A stretch of 64,000 nucleotides of DNA, taken from Macrostomum hystrix (Eukaryota; Animalia; Platyhelminthes). A program made the translations under genes and the position numbers. The notes under the pieces were generated by a model, which saw only the letters and a list, made by a program, of their open reading frames with translations, was not told the DNA's origin and searched no databases. The stretch covers positions 2,666,001 to 2,730,000 of the forward strand of contig CATNEN010000038.1 of the NCBI GenBank assembly GCA_950097015.1, given 5' to 3'. Positions 49,029-60,200 of this stretch are shown in pieces (the stretch's first letter is position 1; each line of letters opens with the position of its first letter).

Positions 49029-49883
49029 ATGGTTTGTGTACCCTGCATAGTGATCCCATTCATGCTGTGGGTGTTTCATCGCTACCTGCGACCAATTTTG
49101 GCTCCATTCCTGCCAGCCTGGATGATCGGCAACGCTGGCGACGGAGCGGAAGACATAGGAGACAAGAAAGCTGGTGGCAGCCAGGTTGATGCTGCTGCTA
49201 CAGCAGCTAAATCTAAGGTATGCTAGGCCAGGGCAGGCAGTACAGTTTACATACGTTCGGCTTTCTCTGCGATTACTTTGTTAAAGTATCTGACTTGTCA
49301 CTGTCGTGTCATACTTGTCACTGTCGTGTCAGACTTGTCACTGTCGTGTCATACTTGTCACTGTCGTGTCATACTTGTCACTGTCGTGTCAGACTTGTCA
49401 CTCTTGTGTCAGACTTGTCACACTTGTGTCAGACTTGTCACTCTTGTATCAGACTTGTTACACTCGTGTAAGACTTCTCACTCACTTGTCAGACTTCTCA
49501 CTCACTTGTCAGACTTCTCACTCACTTGTCAGACTTGTCACACTTGTGTCAGACTTGTCACACTTGTGTCAGACTTGTCACACTTGTGTCAGACTTGTCA
49601 CACTCGTGTCAGACTTGTCACACTTGTGTCAGACTTGTCACACTCGTGTAAGACTTGTCGCACTCGTGTAAGACTTGTCACACTCGTGTCAGACTTGTCA
49701 CACTTGTGTAAGACTTGTCGCACTATTGTCGCCCCAGAGGTGACCCATGGCTTATTCGAAATCAATTCTCAGAATGTTCTAAGCCAATGCTAATTTATGA
49801 AATTCGCACCGCCAACCTGTCCATCGCAGTGTCCGTTCGCATCGTCTGGCGCTGAAAATCCTCACGCAAAGAAGACCGAATGA
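49029..49883 (+). CDS. C18orf32: UPF0729/C18orf32 homolog, 80 aa (exons 49029-49217, 49830-49883)
   Basis: Characteristic N-terminus MVCVPCIVIPFMLWVFHRYLRPIL; second exon CPFASSGAENPHAKKTE* ends in a KKxx motif. Confidence 0.88.
49290..49722. repeat. 20-bp minisatellite (GTCAGACTTGTCACACTTGT) in the C18orf32 intron
   Basis: Seen directly. Confidence 0.9.
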
Positions 49884-50235
49884 GTTTTGCATTAATCAAC
49901 TAATCGCAACTTTGCATTGATGAGGCACAGCAAGATTACCTGCGTGCATAGAGCACCTATCTGCTTAATTAACATCGATTGCTACCTGCTTGTGTTTTTG
50001 TCTAGTTTTCCCAGTTTAATTTGGTTAGATAGCCTTATACAAGTATTCTCTGAATATTTTCATTTGCTTTATTGAATAATATAATTTACTTATTTGTAAT
50101 AATGATTTCCACTTGATAGTTGAGCGTAAAATATTATTTATCTTGGATCTACCAGTTGTTCTATAAACTGGTCTACAAGTAGATGTCTTGAAATTAATTT
50201 TTCATTGAGATAAAATATTTATATAATTTGCGAGA

Positions 50236-50435
50236 AGCCTAGTGGTTAGAATGTACTCACAAATTGAAGGTCGGGGGTTCGATTCTAGACTCCACTGGAC
50301 CGTTTGTGTCATATAGCAAGACACTTCTCTGCATTGCTTCAGTTCACCCAGCTGTTCAATGGGTACCAGTATTAGCTGGGGTAATTAAGTGTGGGTTTGG
50401 CGTCCCCCCAGTCCATGGACTGAACAGCTGTACGC
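50236..50435 (+). mobile_element. 3'-truncated SINE family B copy
   Basis: AGCCTAGTGGTTAG...GGTTCGATTC...GCAAGACACTT...CAGTTCACCCAGCTG. Confidence 0.8.
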
Positions 50436-50647
50436 CACCCGCGCTTTAAATCAACTTTTATTACGAGCGTATTATCAACTATCAACAGAGGAACACGGAA
50501 TTTCAATTCGCACCATTTCTAGTCCAGTAATTACATTTTCAGCTTGTAAAATTCTGGCATATCTAAAAACCTGATCTGCAAGAGAACAAGACACTACCAC
50601 CTAGACGCATAAATTTTAAACAGAAATTGACTCGAAGACAAGGTCTG

Positions 50648-51926
50648 ATGGGCCGAAAGAAGATTCAGATTGCTCGGATTGAGGATGAACGAACTCGGCA
50701 GGTGAGTTCGGTCTCACCTGATGTCATTCTACAATTGGAGTTTGAGTCTTATAGAGATCTCATCTTGAGAATCAAATCTCATAGAGATCTCATCAAACCT
50801 TATGAGTCAAATCTCATAGAGATCTCATCAAACCTACCTGCCCCATCAACAGGTAACGTTCACAAAGCGCAAATTTGGTCTAATGAAAAAGGCCTACGAA
50901 TTGTCGGTCCTGTGCGACTGCGAGGTAGCCCTGATTGTGTTCAACGGCAACAACCGCCTGCACCAGTACGCCAGCACCGACATGGACCGCCTGCTGCTGC
51001 GCTACACTGAGTACAGCTCACCGCATGAGAGCCGCACCAACAGGGACATTGTTGAGGTACCTGCATTCCCTACCTGACCTACCTATCTACCTGCATTCCG
51101 TACCTGACCTACCTATCTACCTGCACTCCCTACCTGACCTACCTATCTACCTGCAATCCCTACCTGACCTACCTATCTACCTGCATTCCCTACCTGACCT
51201 ACCTATCTACCTGCATTCCCTACCTACCTATCTACCTGCATTTCATACCTGACCTACCTATCTACCTGCATTCCCTACTTACCTATCTACCTGCACTCCC
51301 TACCTGACCTACCTATCTACCTGCATTCCCTACCTGACCTACCTATCTACCTGCATTCCCTACCTGACCTACCTATCTACCTGCATTCCCTACCTGACCT
51401 ACCCATCTACCTGCATTTCATACCTGACCTACCTATCTACCTGCATTTCATACCTGACCTACCAATCTACCTGCATTCCATACCTGACCTACCTATATAC
51501 CTGCATTCCCTACCTGACCTACCTATATACCTGCATTCCCTACCTGACCTACCTATCTACCTGCAAAACTCGTCTATCTTATTGCAGTACCTCAGTCGAA
51601 AGTCGGGTGGCTCAGGCGACCTGGACGACTCTGATCAACCGGCTTCGCCACCAGCGCAACAGCGGCAGCAGCAGCAGCGGCAGCAGCCGTTGCGTCAGTC
51701 AACCAGACTGCAGTCCCATCTGACCGTCAGCTCGGCAACAGTTGAAAAGGTTGAGGCCACTCCGCCGACTTCACCGCCGCTAGAGCAGCAGCAGCAGCAG
51801 CAGCCGCAGCAGCTGGTCCTGCACCTGGATCAATACCCCAATGACTCACCAGTTGTAGACTTTCTTACTCAGCTCAAGTCTGAAGGTAACGACTCTGATG
51901 GCGTAATTCTGAGCGGCCCGCTCTGA
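50648..51926 (+). CDS. MEF2: MEF2 MADS-box transcription factor, ~198 aa (exons 50648-50701, 50853-51056, 51588-51926)
   Basis: [18 protein letters not shown]|[30 protein letters not shown]...[30 protein letters not shown] with canonical MEF2 intron positions; Q-rich tail with PTSPP. Confidence 0.93.
51058..51565. repeat. 30-bp minisatellite (TACCTGCATTCCCTACCTGACCTACCTATC) filling MEF2 intron 2
   Basis: Starts at intron position +2. Confidence 0.92.
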
Positions 51927-52654
51927 ACTCTGCTGCAAGCTGCTTCTAAGAGCAGGATTTGATGGCATCGTTCAGATGTGCACATCTACTGATAATCTGT
52001 TATATTTCTGTTTCTGTCCATTAGATCCCAACTATAATCAAGTTTATTTTGCTCAGAGCTAAGATAATTTCACTCCGCAAATTGACTAGCTCGCCGTCGC
52101 GGAAATCTCGTTTGGGATGACTCAAAAATATATTCAAAAGATTGTTCGTGTGTACAGAACAGTAATCCCATGCTATTCTAGTGCTACTACTAACCAGTAG
52201 TGCTTGTGAAATTGATCGATTATAAATTTGCCTTTGCATCGCCTGGCCGCCAAAATCTTAATTTTCTTCTTGTGTCTCTCTTATCCATTGTTTAGTTTCT
52301 GTTGTTTTCTTCTCTTTCAGCACTGTAGCTGTTTTTTCACGCTGTTAAAATTAGTGGAATATTTTGTTTATTTTTGCGGCGCATTAGCTCACTGGTGGCC
52401 ATTCCCAAATTTGGAAACAATGCCCTTCTTCAATGCTCTGCCGCTCACTTCAACCTATTTTTTAAGTTCCAAACGACACATTGAGCCTATCTTCACTTGA
52501 TAATAAACTTGTTTATTTAACTGTTTGTGCCCCGTCTTCTTGGCTGCTAATGCCAACTTCGCACATTATGTTTTATAGCAAATGTTTACTAAGCGAAAAA
52601 ATTGTAACACCTTAAAGTCGCGACTTTTTGCTGTCTCCGCTGTTTTATAAACAT

Positions 52655-53230
52655 CTCAGATCTTCAGGTTGAGCAAATAGCCATCCTTTCAGATCCTCAG
52701 ATTGAGCAAATAGCCATCATTTCAGATCCTCAGTTTGAGCAAATAGCCATCATTTCAGATCCTCAGTTTGAGCAAATAGCCATCATTTCAGATCCTCAGT
52801 TTGAGCAAATAGCCATCCTTTCAGATCCTCAGGTTGAGCAAATAGCCATCCTTTCAGATCCTCAGGTTGAGCAAATAGCCATCCTTTCAGATCCTCAGGT
52901 TGAGCAGTCAGTCATCCTCTCAGATCCTCAGGTTGAGCAGTCAGCCATCCTCTCAGATCCTCAGGTTGAGCAAATAGCCATCATTTCAGATCCTCAGGTT
53001 GAGCAGTCAGTCATCCTTTCAGATCCTCAGGTTGAGCAAATAGCCATCATTTCAGATCCTCAGGTTGAGCAGTCAGTCATCCTCTCAGATCCTCAGGTTG
53101 AGCAGTCAGCCATCCTCTCAGATCCTCAGGTTGAGTAGTCAGCCATCCTATCAGATCCTCAGGTTGAGCAGTCAGCCACCCTCTCAGATCCTCAGGTTGA
53201 GCAGTCATCCTTCTAGATACTCAGGTTAAG
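52655..53230. repeat. 33-bp minisatellite (TCAGATCCTCAGGTTGAGCAAATAGCCATCCTT)
   Basis: About 17 units. Confidence 0.9.
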
Positions 53231-53764
53231 TAGGCATACTTCAAAATCTTAGATTTTGAATAGTTGTGCCCTATTTACGTGTATTGAAAGCTCAGTCAGT
53301 AGAATTAGCTCTCGGTAGCTACAGCTATTGCTAATCTGGCTTGTTGCAGTGTATTTCTAGTTGAATCTGCAGTAAATAGTGAATAAAGTTTATAACCGAG
53401 CGTATGACGAAGAGTTGCTAATGAGTCTCTTAAGGTAGTTTTGTGATTATGTTCGAGCGTAAAACAAATGGATGGATACAACCATTTTTCGGAATGGGAA
53501 ATAATCCCATGCATTTTAACCAGGTGACAGAACTATTTAGTCAGTGTGTTAAATAGTTTAATTAAGCTTTTCCAAGATATCTGTAAACATGAAGGAGTGA
53601 AACTTGGATAAGTATTTTATTGTAATCTAAGTGGATCCGGCATGCACTACTGTTACTACTAGTACAATTTGTGTGTTCATATCCAATGCTGTGGCTTTGC
53701 TAGATCTTATTAGTAATGCTGCAGCTATTCAATATTTATCCTATTACATTATTGCTATCAAGGT

Positions 53765-54120
53765 ACCCTGAGCACACACATTGTCAGGCAGTGTACACTT
53801 TCACTGTGCATTGTAGGTTGGCAACTCAAAAGCAAAAACGGCACAATTAGCCCCCAAACCTTCTCGCCGCTGCTGCGCCCCAAGTTGATGCGGTCCCATC
53901 TCGGAATCGGGCTTAGGAATTTTAGCTAATTGATCCTAGATGACTCCCCTTACCTTCGACGGCACAAAGACTAAAGCCTAAAGGACCTCGAAGGCACAGT
54001 GAAAGTGTACACTGTCTGACGATAAGAAAGTCAGTGCAGATGTACACACCTGTGTGTGTGTGTGCTCACAGGCTCACCAAATGATGTGCTTGTGCCCGCA
54101 GCCCTCCTGCAATTATGATC
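53765..54120. mobile_element. Two partial SINE family A copies in opposite orientation (53765-53920 -, 53985-54120 +)
   Basis: Family body motifs on both strands. Confidence 0.65.
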
Positions 54121-54257
54121 ATTAACGGAACCAATGGGTGATCGTTGAAATACGAACATTGCGCAAATTCAACCAGAATGAGGGCTTTTAGTTGCAGGCT
54201 GGCTTGAAGGTCAAGCAATGGCCAATCTGCTCAGCCGTCGGGGACCAGCCACTCAGA

Positions 54258-57200
54258 TCAGATCGGCGCCTCCCTCGGCTCCACGAGGATCTCGTTGACA
54301 GCAACATGCGGCGGCTGCTGCACAGCGAACAGCACCGCCCGGGCCACGTCCTCCGCCTCCAGCATGGTGTACTTGCCCTCGCCGCTGAACTCCCGGTGGG
54401 CCTCCGCGTCCGCGTCGTCTCGGCAGGCCTGCCGAAAATTGGTTGATAAATGATTCCAGTTGTTACACCTTAGATGTACTTTGTGGTCCCGAGTTCGTAT
54501 CTCAGCCCTAGGGAAGCAAATTGTATCCTAGAGCAAGACACTTGATTCCCCATAGATTAGGGGTTGTAGCCTAGTGGTTTTGGGCGTCGGACTTGACTTG
54601 AAGGTCGAGGATTCGAATCCTGACTTCAGAGCAATAAAATTTCCCTCTAGCTGAAAACTTAAAGAGTCCGTTCAGTTGACCAAACTCGAAAATGGGTTCG
54701 AGGAGTTAACTGATGCTGGTTGAGGCGTCCTCCCTCCCATTCCATGGACTGAACAGCTGTGCGAAGCCTTTGAAAGCGCGAGAAATTGCTGCGCCTGTGG
54801 CACTGGCTGTACATCTGGCCCTACTAAAGCTATTCTAGTTCAGGCCGCAGCCAATCACCTGCAGCGGCGTGCGCACGTCACCGGGCTGCACGCAGGTGAC
54901 CCGCAGGCCGCGGCTGGCCACCTCCAGGCGCAGCGCTCTCGAGTAGCCCTCGACAAAGAATTTGGAGCCCGTGTACACGGCCAGGCCTGGGAACGGCGCC
55001 CTGCCAGCGTCGCTGCTCAGATTGACGATGTGGCCGTGGCCGCGCTCCAGCATGCCCGGCAGGGCGGCCTCCACCGAGTGCACCAGGCCACGACAATTCA
55101 CGTCGATGGTCCGGTCGGAGAGGTGCGTCAAGCCGCTGAAAGCTCTGGTGTAGTACATCACGCCGGCGCTGTTGACCAGGATGTCCGGCTGGCCCAGTAG
55201 GCTGCGGCAGCGGGCGAGGGCGGCTTCAACTTCGGCGCGGACGGTGACATCGGCCGGGCAGGCGACAGCGACGCCCTGAGCGGCCAAGATGCCCTGGCGA
55301 ACCTGTTCGAGCTGGTCAGCCCGCCTGGCGACCAGCGCGACCTGGCAACCGTCCCTGGCCAGAGCCTGGGCCACCGCCTGTGACAGCGGCAAGGATGAGA
55401 GCAGCTCAGATAGATAACAGCAGCCTGCTCTCCGTGTTTGTTTACGCTCGCACGCCCTCTAATTGTACTTTCTCATCTCTCCCTCTATCTGTTCAACTTC
55501 TTAGCTAACCTTCATTTCTCTTTCCTCTCCCTCGTCTCTGATTGGCTAGCCGTTCGTCTCTATTTCCTTACCCCCTCTTTTCAGCTCTTACCCTCTGGCC
55601 CGACCTTATCTCTTGGTTAATATATTTAATTTTCGGCCTAGTGCTGTAAAGACTGGCTCTTTCAGCAGAGACTCAATTTGCTTTAAGTCACAGCAGTTCC
55701 CATGTGTCACTAACCTGTCCGATGCCACTGCTCGCCCCAGTTACCAACGCAACCTTGCCCACCAATGCGCCACCAGTTGTGTTCCGACGGACCCTGGGCA
55801 GAAGGCCCCTTTCTGCCAGTCTGGCGATGTAGACGGCCAGCAGACTGGAGTCGATGGCCGGGTAGCCGCTCTCCACGCCCAGACTGGGCAGGGCTGCGCG
55901 GAGCTGGCGCGAGTCGAAGGTGCTCAGTCTGGCGAAGTACTCGGCCCCGCTAGCTCCGGCTGGCGCCAGCTCGTCTAGTAGGCGCAGCAGCGCTCCGATT
56001 GGCTGACAGGCATCGGCAAGGCGCCGCAGCTCAGCCAGCCAATCAGCGTAGTCCACTCGGCGCAGTGCGTAGCCGCCAACCGTCAGCCAATCGCAGAGCA
56101 GATCGAAGCTGATTGGCTGTGGATTGACCGCGTGAAAAATCTTGCCGGCGTGCAAGGTCAGCTGGGCCATGGATCGCACGATGAGCTCGCTTGTGAAATC
56201 CACTGGTGTGAACTCGAGACGCCAGTTAAGGCGAGGCGCCAGACCGCTACGCAGCACAGCCTGCCAGCAGTGGAATTAAATCGGATGGATTGATTAAGTT
56301 GAATCAATTCAACTGATACTAGGTTTCACAGTTGTGACTTTTATTTCAGTGGCTCAGTTAAGTTTGGTTCTACAGGTTTGACTTTTACACTTTTGACGTT
56401 TGGTTCTGCAGGTGTGACGTTTGATTTCAGTTAGTTGGGAACCTCTAACTGAGAACCTCAACCAGATCCTCCTCAACTTGAGCAGCCCCACTCCCAGATC
56501 CTCAACTTGAGCAGCCCCACTCCTAGATCCTCAACTTGAGCAGCCCACTCGCATTTTTGCAGGTGCGACGTTCGAATTTACTGGTGCGACGTTTGGTTTT
56601 ACAGGTGCGACGTTTGGTTTTACAGGTGCGACGTTTGGTTTTACAGGTTTGATTTTTACACTTGTGACATTTAGTTCTACAGGTTAGGTTTGGTTCTGCA
56701 GGTGTGACGTTTGGTTTTACAGGTGCGATGTTTGGTGTTAAAGGTGTGACGTTTGTTTCAAAAGGTGTGACGTTTGGTTCTACAGGTGTGACGTTTGTTT
56801 TCAAAAGGTGTGACGTTTGGTTCTACAGGTGTGACGTTTGGTTCTACAGGTGTGACGTTTGGTTCTACAGGTGTGACGTTTGGTTCTACAGGTGTGACGT
56901 TTGGTTCTAAAGGTGCGACGTCAGCTATAATAAACATGAGATGCTTATATTGCTTCTGTATGTGCGAAGTTTGGTTCTACAGGTATGGCCTAAATGTATT
57001 TAGGTTTGGTAATTATTCTTCCCATTTGAAAAGTGCAAAGCAGTTTCTAGCTAGCTTAGTAGCTATGGGGAGCTAATGCGTAATTAATAATTACCTGCAG
57101 CATCAGCAGGGTCAGGTCCTGCGGATTCCACGCGGCGTTAGTCCTGTCGCCGGCCTGATTGCCCAGCCGGTACACCACCACCGGCATGCCGCGGGATCGC

Positions 57201-60200
57201 GCCCTGAGCAGCAGCTGCTCCGCCACCCACTTGGTCTGGCTGTAGCCGTCGTCCAAGTCGCCAGCGTGGACGCTGGTATCGGCGTCCTCTCGACAGTCGG
57301 CCATGCCGTGCGGGAAGACGGCGTCGGTGCTGACGTAGTGCACCGGCTTGACGCGAACTGCGGACGCGAACAAAATTACATTCTGGGTGCCCAGCACGTT
57401 CGGGCCGTACAGCGCCTGTGAGACAGATTCCGGGGGGGACGTAAAGGTGCTTCTCCAAAAAAGTTATTGACAGCTCAAAAACTGCACTCACACTGTAGGG
57501 ATAAATCAAATTCACGTAGGCTCCAGCGTGGATCACCACGTCAATCTCGCTGCTCAGGAAAGCGTAATCATCCTCTGAGAGGCCGAACTTCACCAAGCTG
57601 AGATCACCTGAGAAAAAAACAAATTAATCGAATTTGATTATGTTAGACATCCACCTGTTAGACATCCACCTGTTAGACAGACATCCGCCTGTTAGACAGA
57701 CATCCACCTGTTAGACATCGACCTGTAAGAGGGATTCATCCAGAACCATTGTGCCCAACTGACCTTTGATGGCGGTGACCCGGGCATCGAACGAAGCCGC
57801 CAGCTCCTTGGTCTTGTCGTCCTCCTGTCCGCCGGGTCTCAGGATGAGAAACTGCTCAAGGGTGGCTCGCAGCCTCCGCTGCAGGGCCCCGCTGTCGCCA
57901 CCGCCGGTGTCGCGAACCAAGCAAAACACCTGGGTGTCGGTGAGGCGCAGCAGATCCCGCAGCAGGAAGGCGCCCAGAAAGCCAGTAGCGCCGGTTAACA
58001 GGACTCGGCCGCGGGTCCAGCGCGACTTGTTGAAGTGCGGATTGCGCCAGAATGCGCGTAGCTGAATGTCCAAGCTGTGAGGCGCCAAACAAACTCACTT
58101 TGCGAATACAATTGCGGCTTTTTTTCCAGTTACTGAGATACTACAGTCACAACCCCATATCCCCAGGTTTAGCAGTCGTCCTCCAGATCCTCAACTTGAG
58201 AAAGCAGCCACACTCCTAGATCCTCAACTTGAGCAGCCCCACTCCCAGATCCTCAACTTGAGCAGCCCCACTCCCAGATCCTCAACTTGAGCAGCCACAC
58301 TCCCAGATCCTCCTCAATTTGAGCAGCCCCACTCCCAGATCATCAACTTGAGCAGCTACACTCCCAGATATTCAACTTGAGCAGTCGTCCTCTGAGATAC
58401 TCATGTTGAGCGGGCACACTCCCAGGAAGGGAAGCTTGAGAAAAATTATAATTTTAAATGTGCTCGCTCACTCGGACGCCTGCGGCTGGTCGTGATTGGC
58501 CACCTCGCTCTTCAAATCCACGGTGCGCGCCTCGGCCGCCGGCTGCTCCTCGCTGCCGCGCGAGGTCGCCGAAACTATTAGGCGCGCCATCTCCTGCACC
58601 GTGGGGTACTGGAACAGCTCCTTCACTGACAGCTCGCAGCCCAGCTGGTCGTTGACTCGAGACAGCAGCTTGGTGGCCAGTAGGGAGTGCCTGAGAGGAA
58701 ATTATGTTGAAAAAAAGCTCGACTACTGAACTTATGACATCAGCCCCGTTGGAACACCTTGGAACATCATGAGTTCGAATCCTTCCCGATGAGGCCACAA
58801 TCGTTTTCGGAGAGCGTCCGCTTGGAGCTTGGATTAGACGTACGATGAGAAAGTCAGGTCCGATGTACTCACCTGTGTGAGTGTGTGCCTGTGTGCCTGT
58901 GTGCTGTATATGCGTGCGTGTGCCCAAACGTACCTGCGAACGCTTGTAAGTTGAGCTAATAAAATAATAATAACTGCTGGCAATGGCACATTGGCACTAG
59001 ACTCGCAGCCAGCCAGGAGACGATTCTGCCCATTTCGCTGACTCCTGAGCTCACACGAACACAGGAGTGTACATCTGCTCTCACTTTCTCATCGTCAGGC
59101 AGTGAAAAATTTCAGTGTGCCTTGGAGGTTGGTGTAAATTGCATGACAAGCCACCAGGCCTTCTCTCCGCGGCTGCGACCCAATTTAATGTGGCCTCGCC
59201 GCGGAATCGAGCTCAGGGACCTTGATACGAGACGCAGAGGCGTTAATCGTTGGTAAATTTTATTAAATCAAACAATAAAAGCCCCTGGATTTCACGCCGC
59301 TTCATCATCAACACAGCCAGGCCTCACCCGCCATAGTCGAAGAAGCTCTCCGCTTCATCATCAACACAGCCAGGCCTCACCCGCCATAGTCGAAGAAGCT
59401 CTCCGTTTCATCATCAACACAGCCAGGCCTCACCCGCCATAGTCGAAGAAGCTCTCCGTTTCATCATCAACACAGCCAGGCCTCACCCGCCATAGTCGAA
59501 GAAGCTCTCCGCTTCATCATCAACACAGCCAGGCCTCACCCGCCATAGTCGAAGAAGCTCTCCGCTTCATCATCAACACAGCCAGGCCTCACCCGCCATA
59601 GTCGAAGAAGCTCTCCGCTTCATCATCAACACAGCCAGGCCTCACCCGCCATAGTCGAAGAAGCTCTCCGCTTCATCATCAACACAGCCAGGCCTCACCC
59701 GCCATAGTCGAAGAAGCTCTCCGCTTCATCATCAACACAGCCAGGCCTCACCCGCCATAGTCGAAGAAGCTCTCCGCTTCATCATCAACACAGCCAGGCC
59801 TCACCCGCCATAGTCGAAGAAGCTCTCCGCTTCATCATCAACACAGCCAGGCCTCACCCGCCATAGTCGAAGAAGCTCTCCTGAATGTCGATCTCCTTAA
59901 TGTCCAGTGTGGCCATCCAGATTGCTGCGAGGCTCTTCTCCGTCGCCGTCTGTGGCAGGAAGGAGCAGTCGAGGCTCTCATGGGCTTTGTCGAACGGTGG
60001 CAGGGAGGCCTTGTTCAGCTTGCCCACCGCGCTCACTGGCAGGCTGCGGGAGATTCCAAGGGTTCAGGGGGTTTCATCAATGAAGTTTGAGCACTGTTGA
60101 GGAATCACTCGGCCTGACACTCACTCTGCCAGGAAGACGAAGTAGCTCGGTATCATGTAGAAAGGCAGCTTCCTCTTCAGAGCCGACCTCAGCTGCCTCT

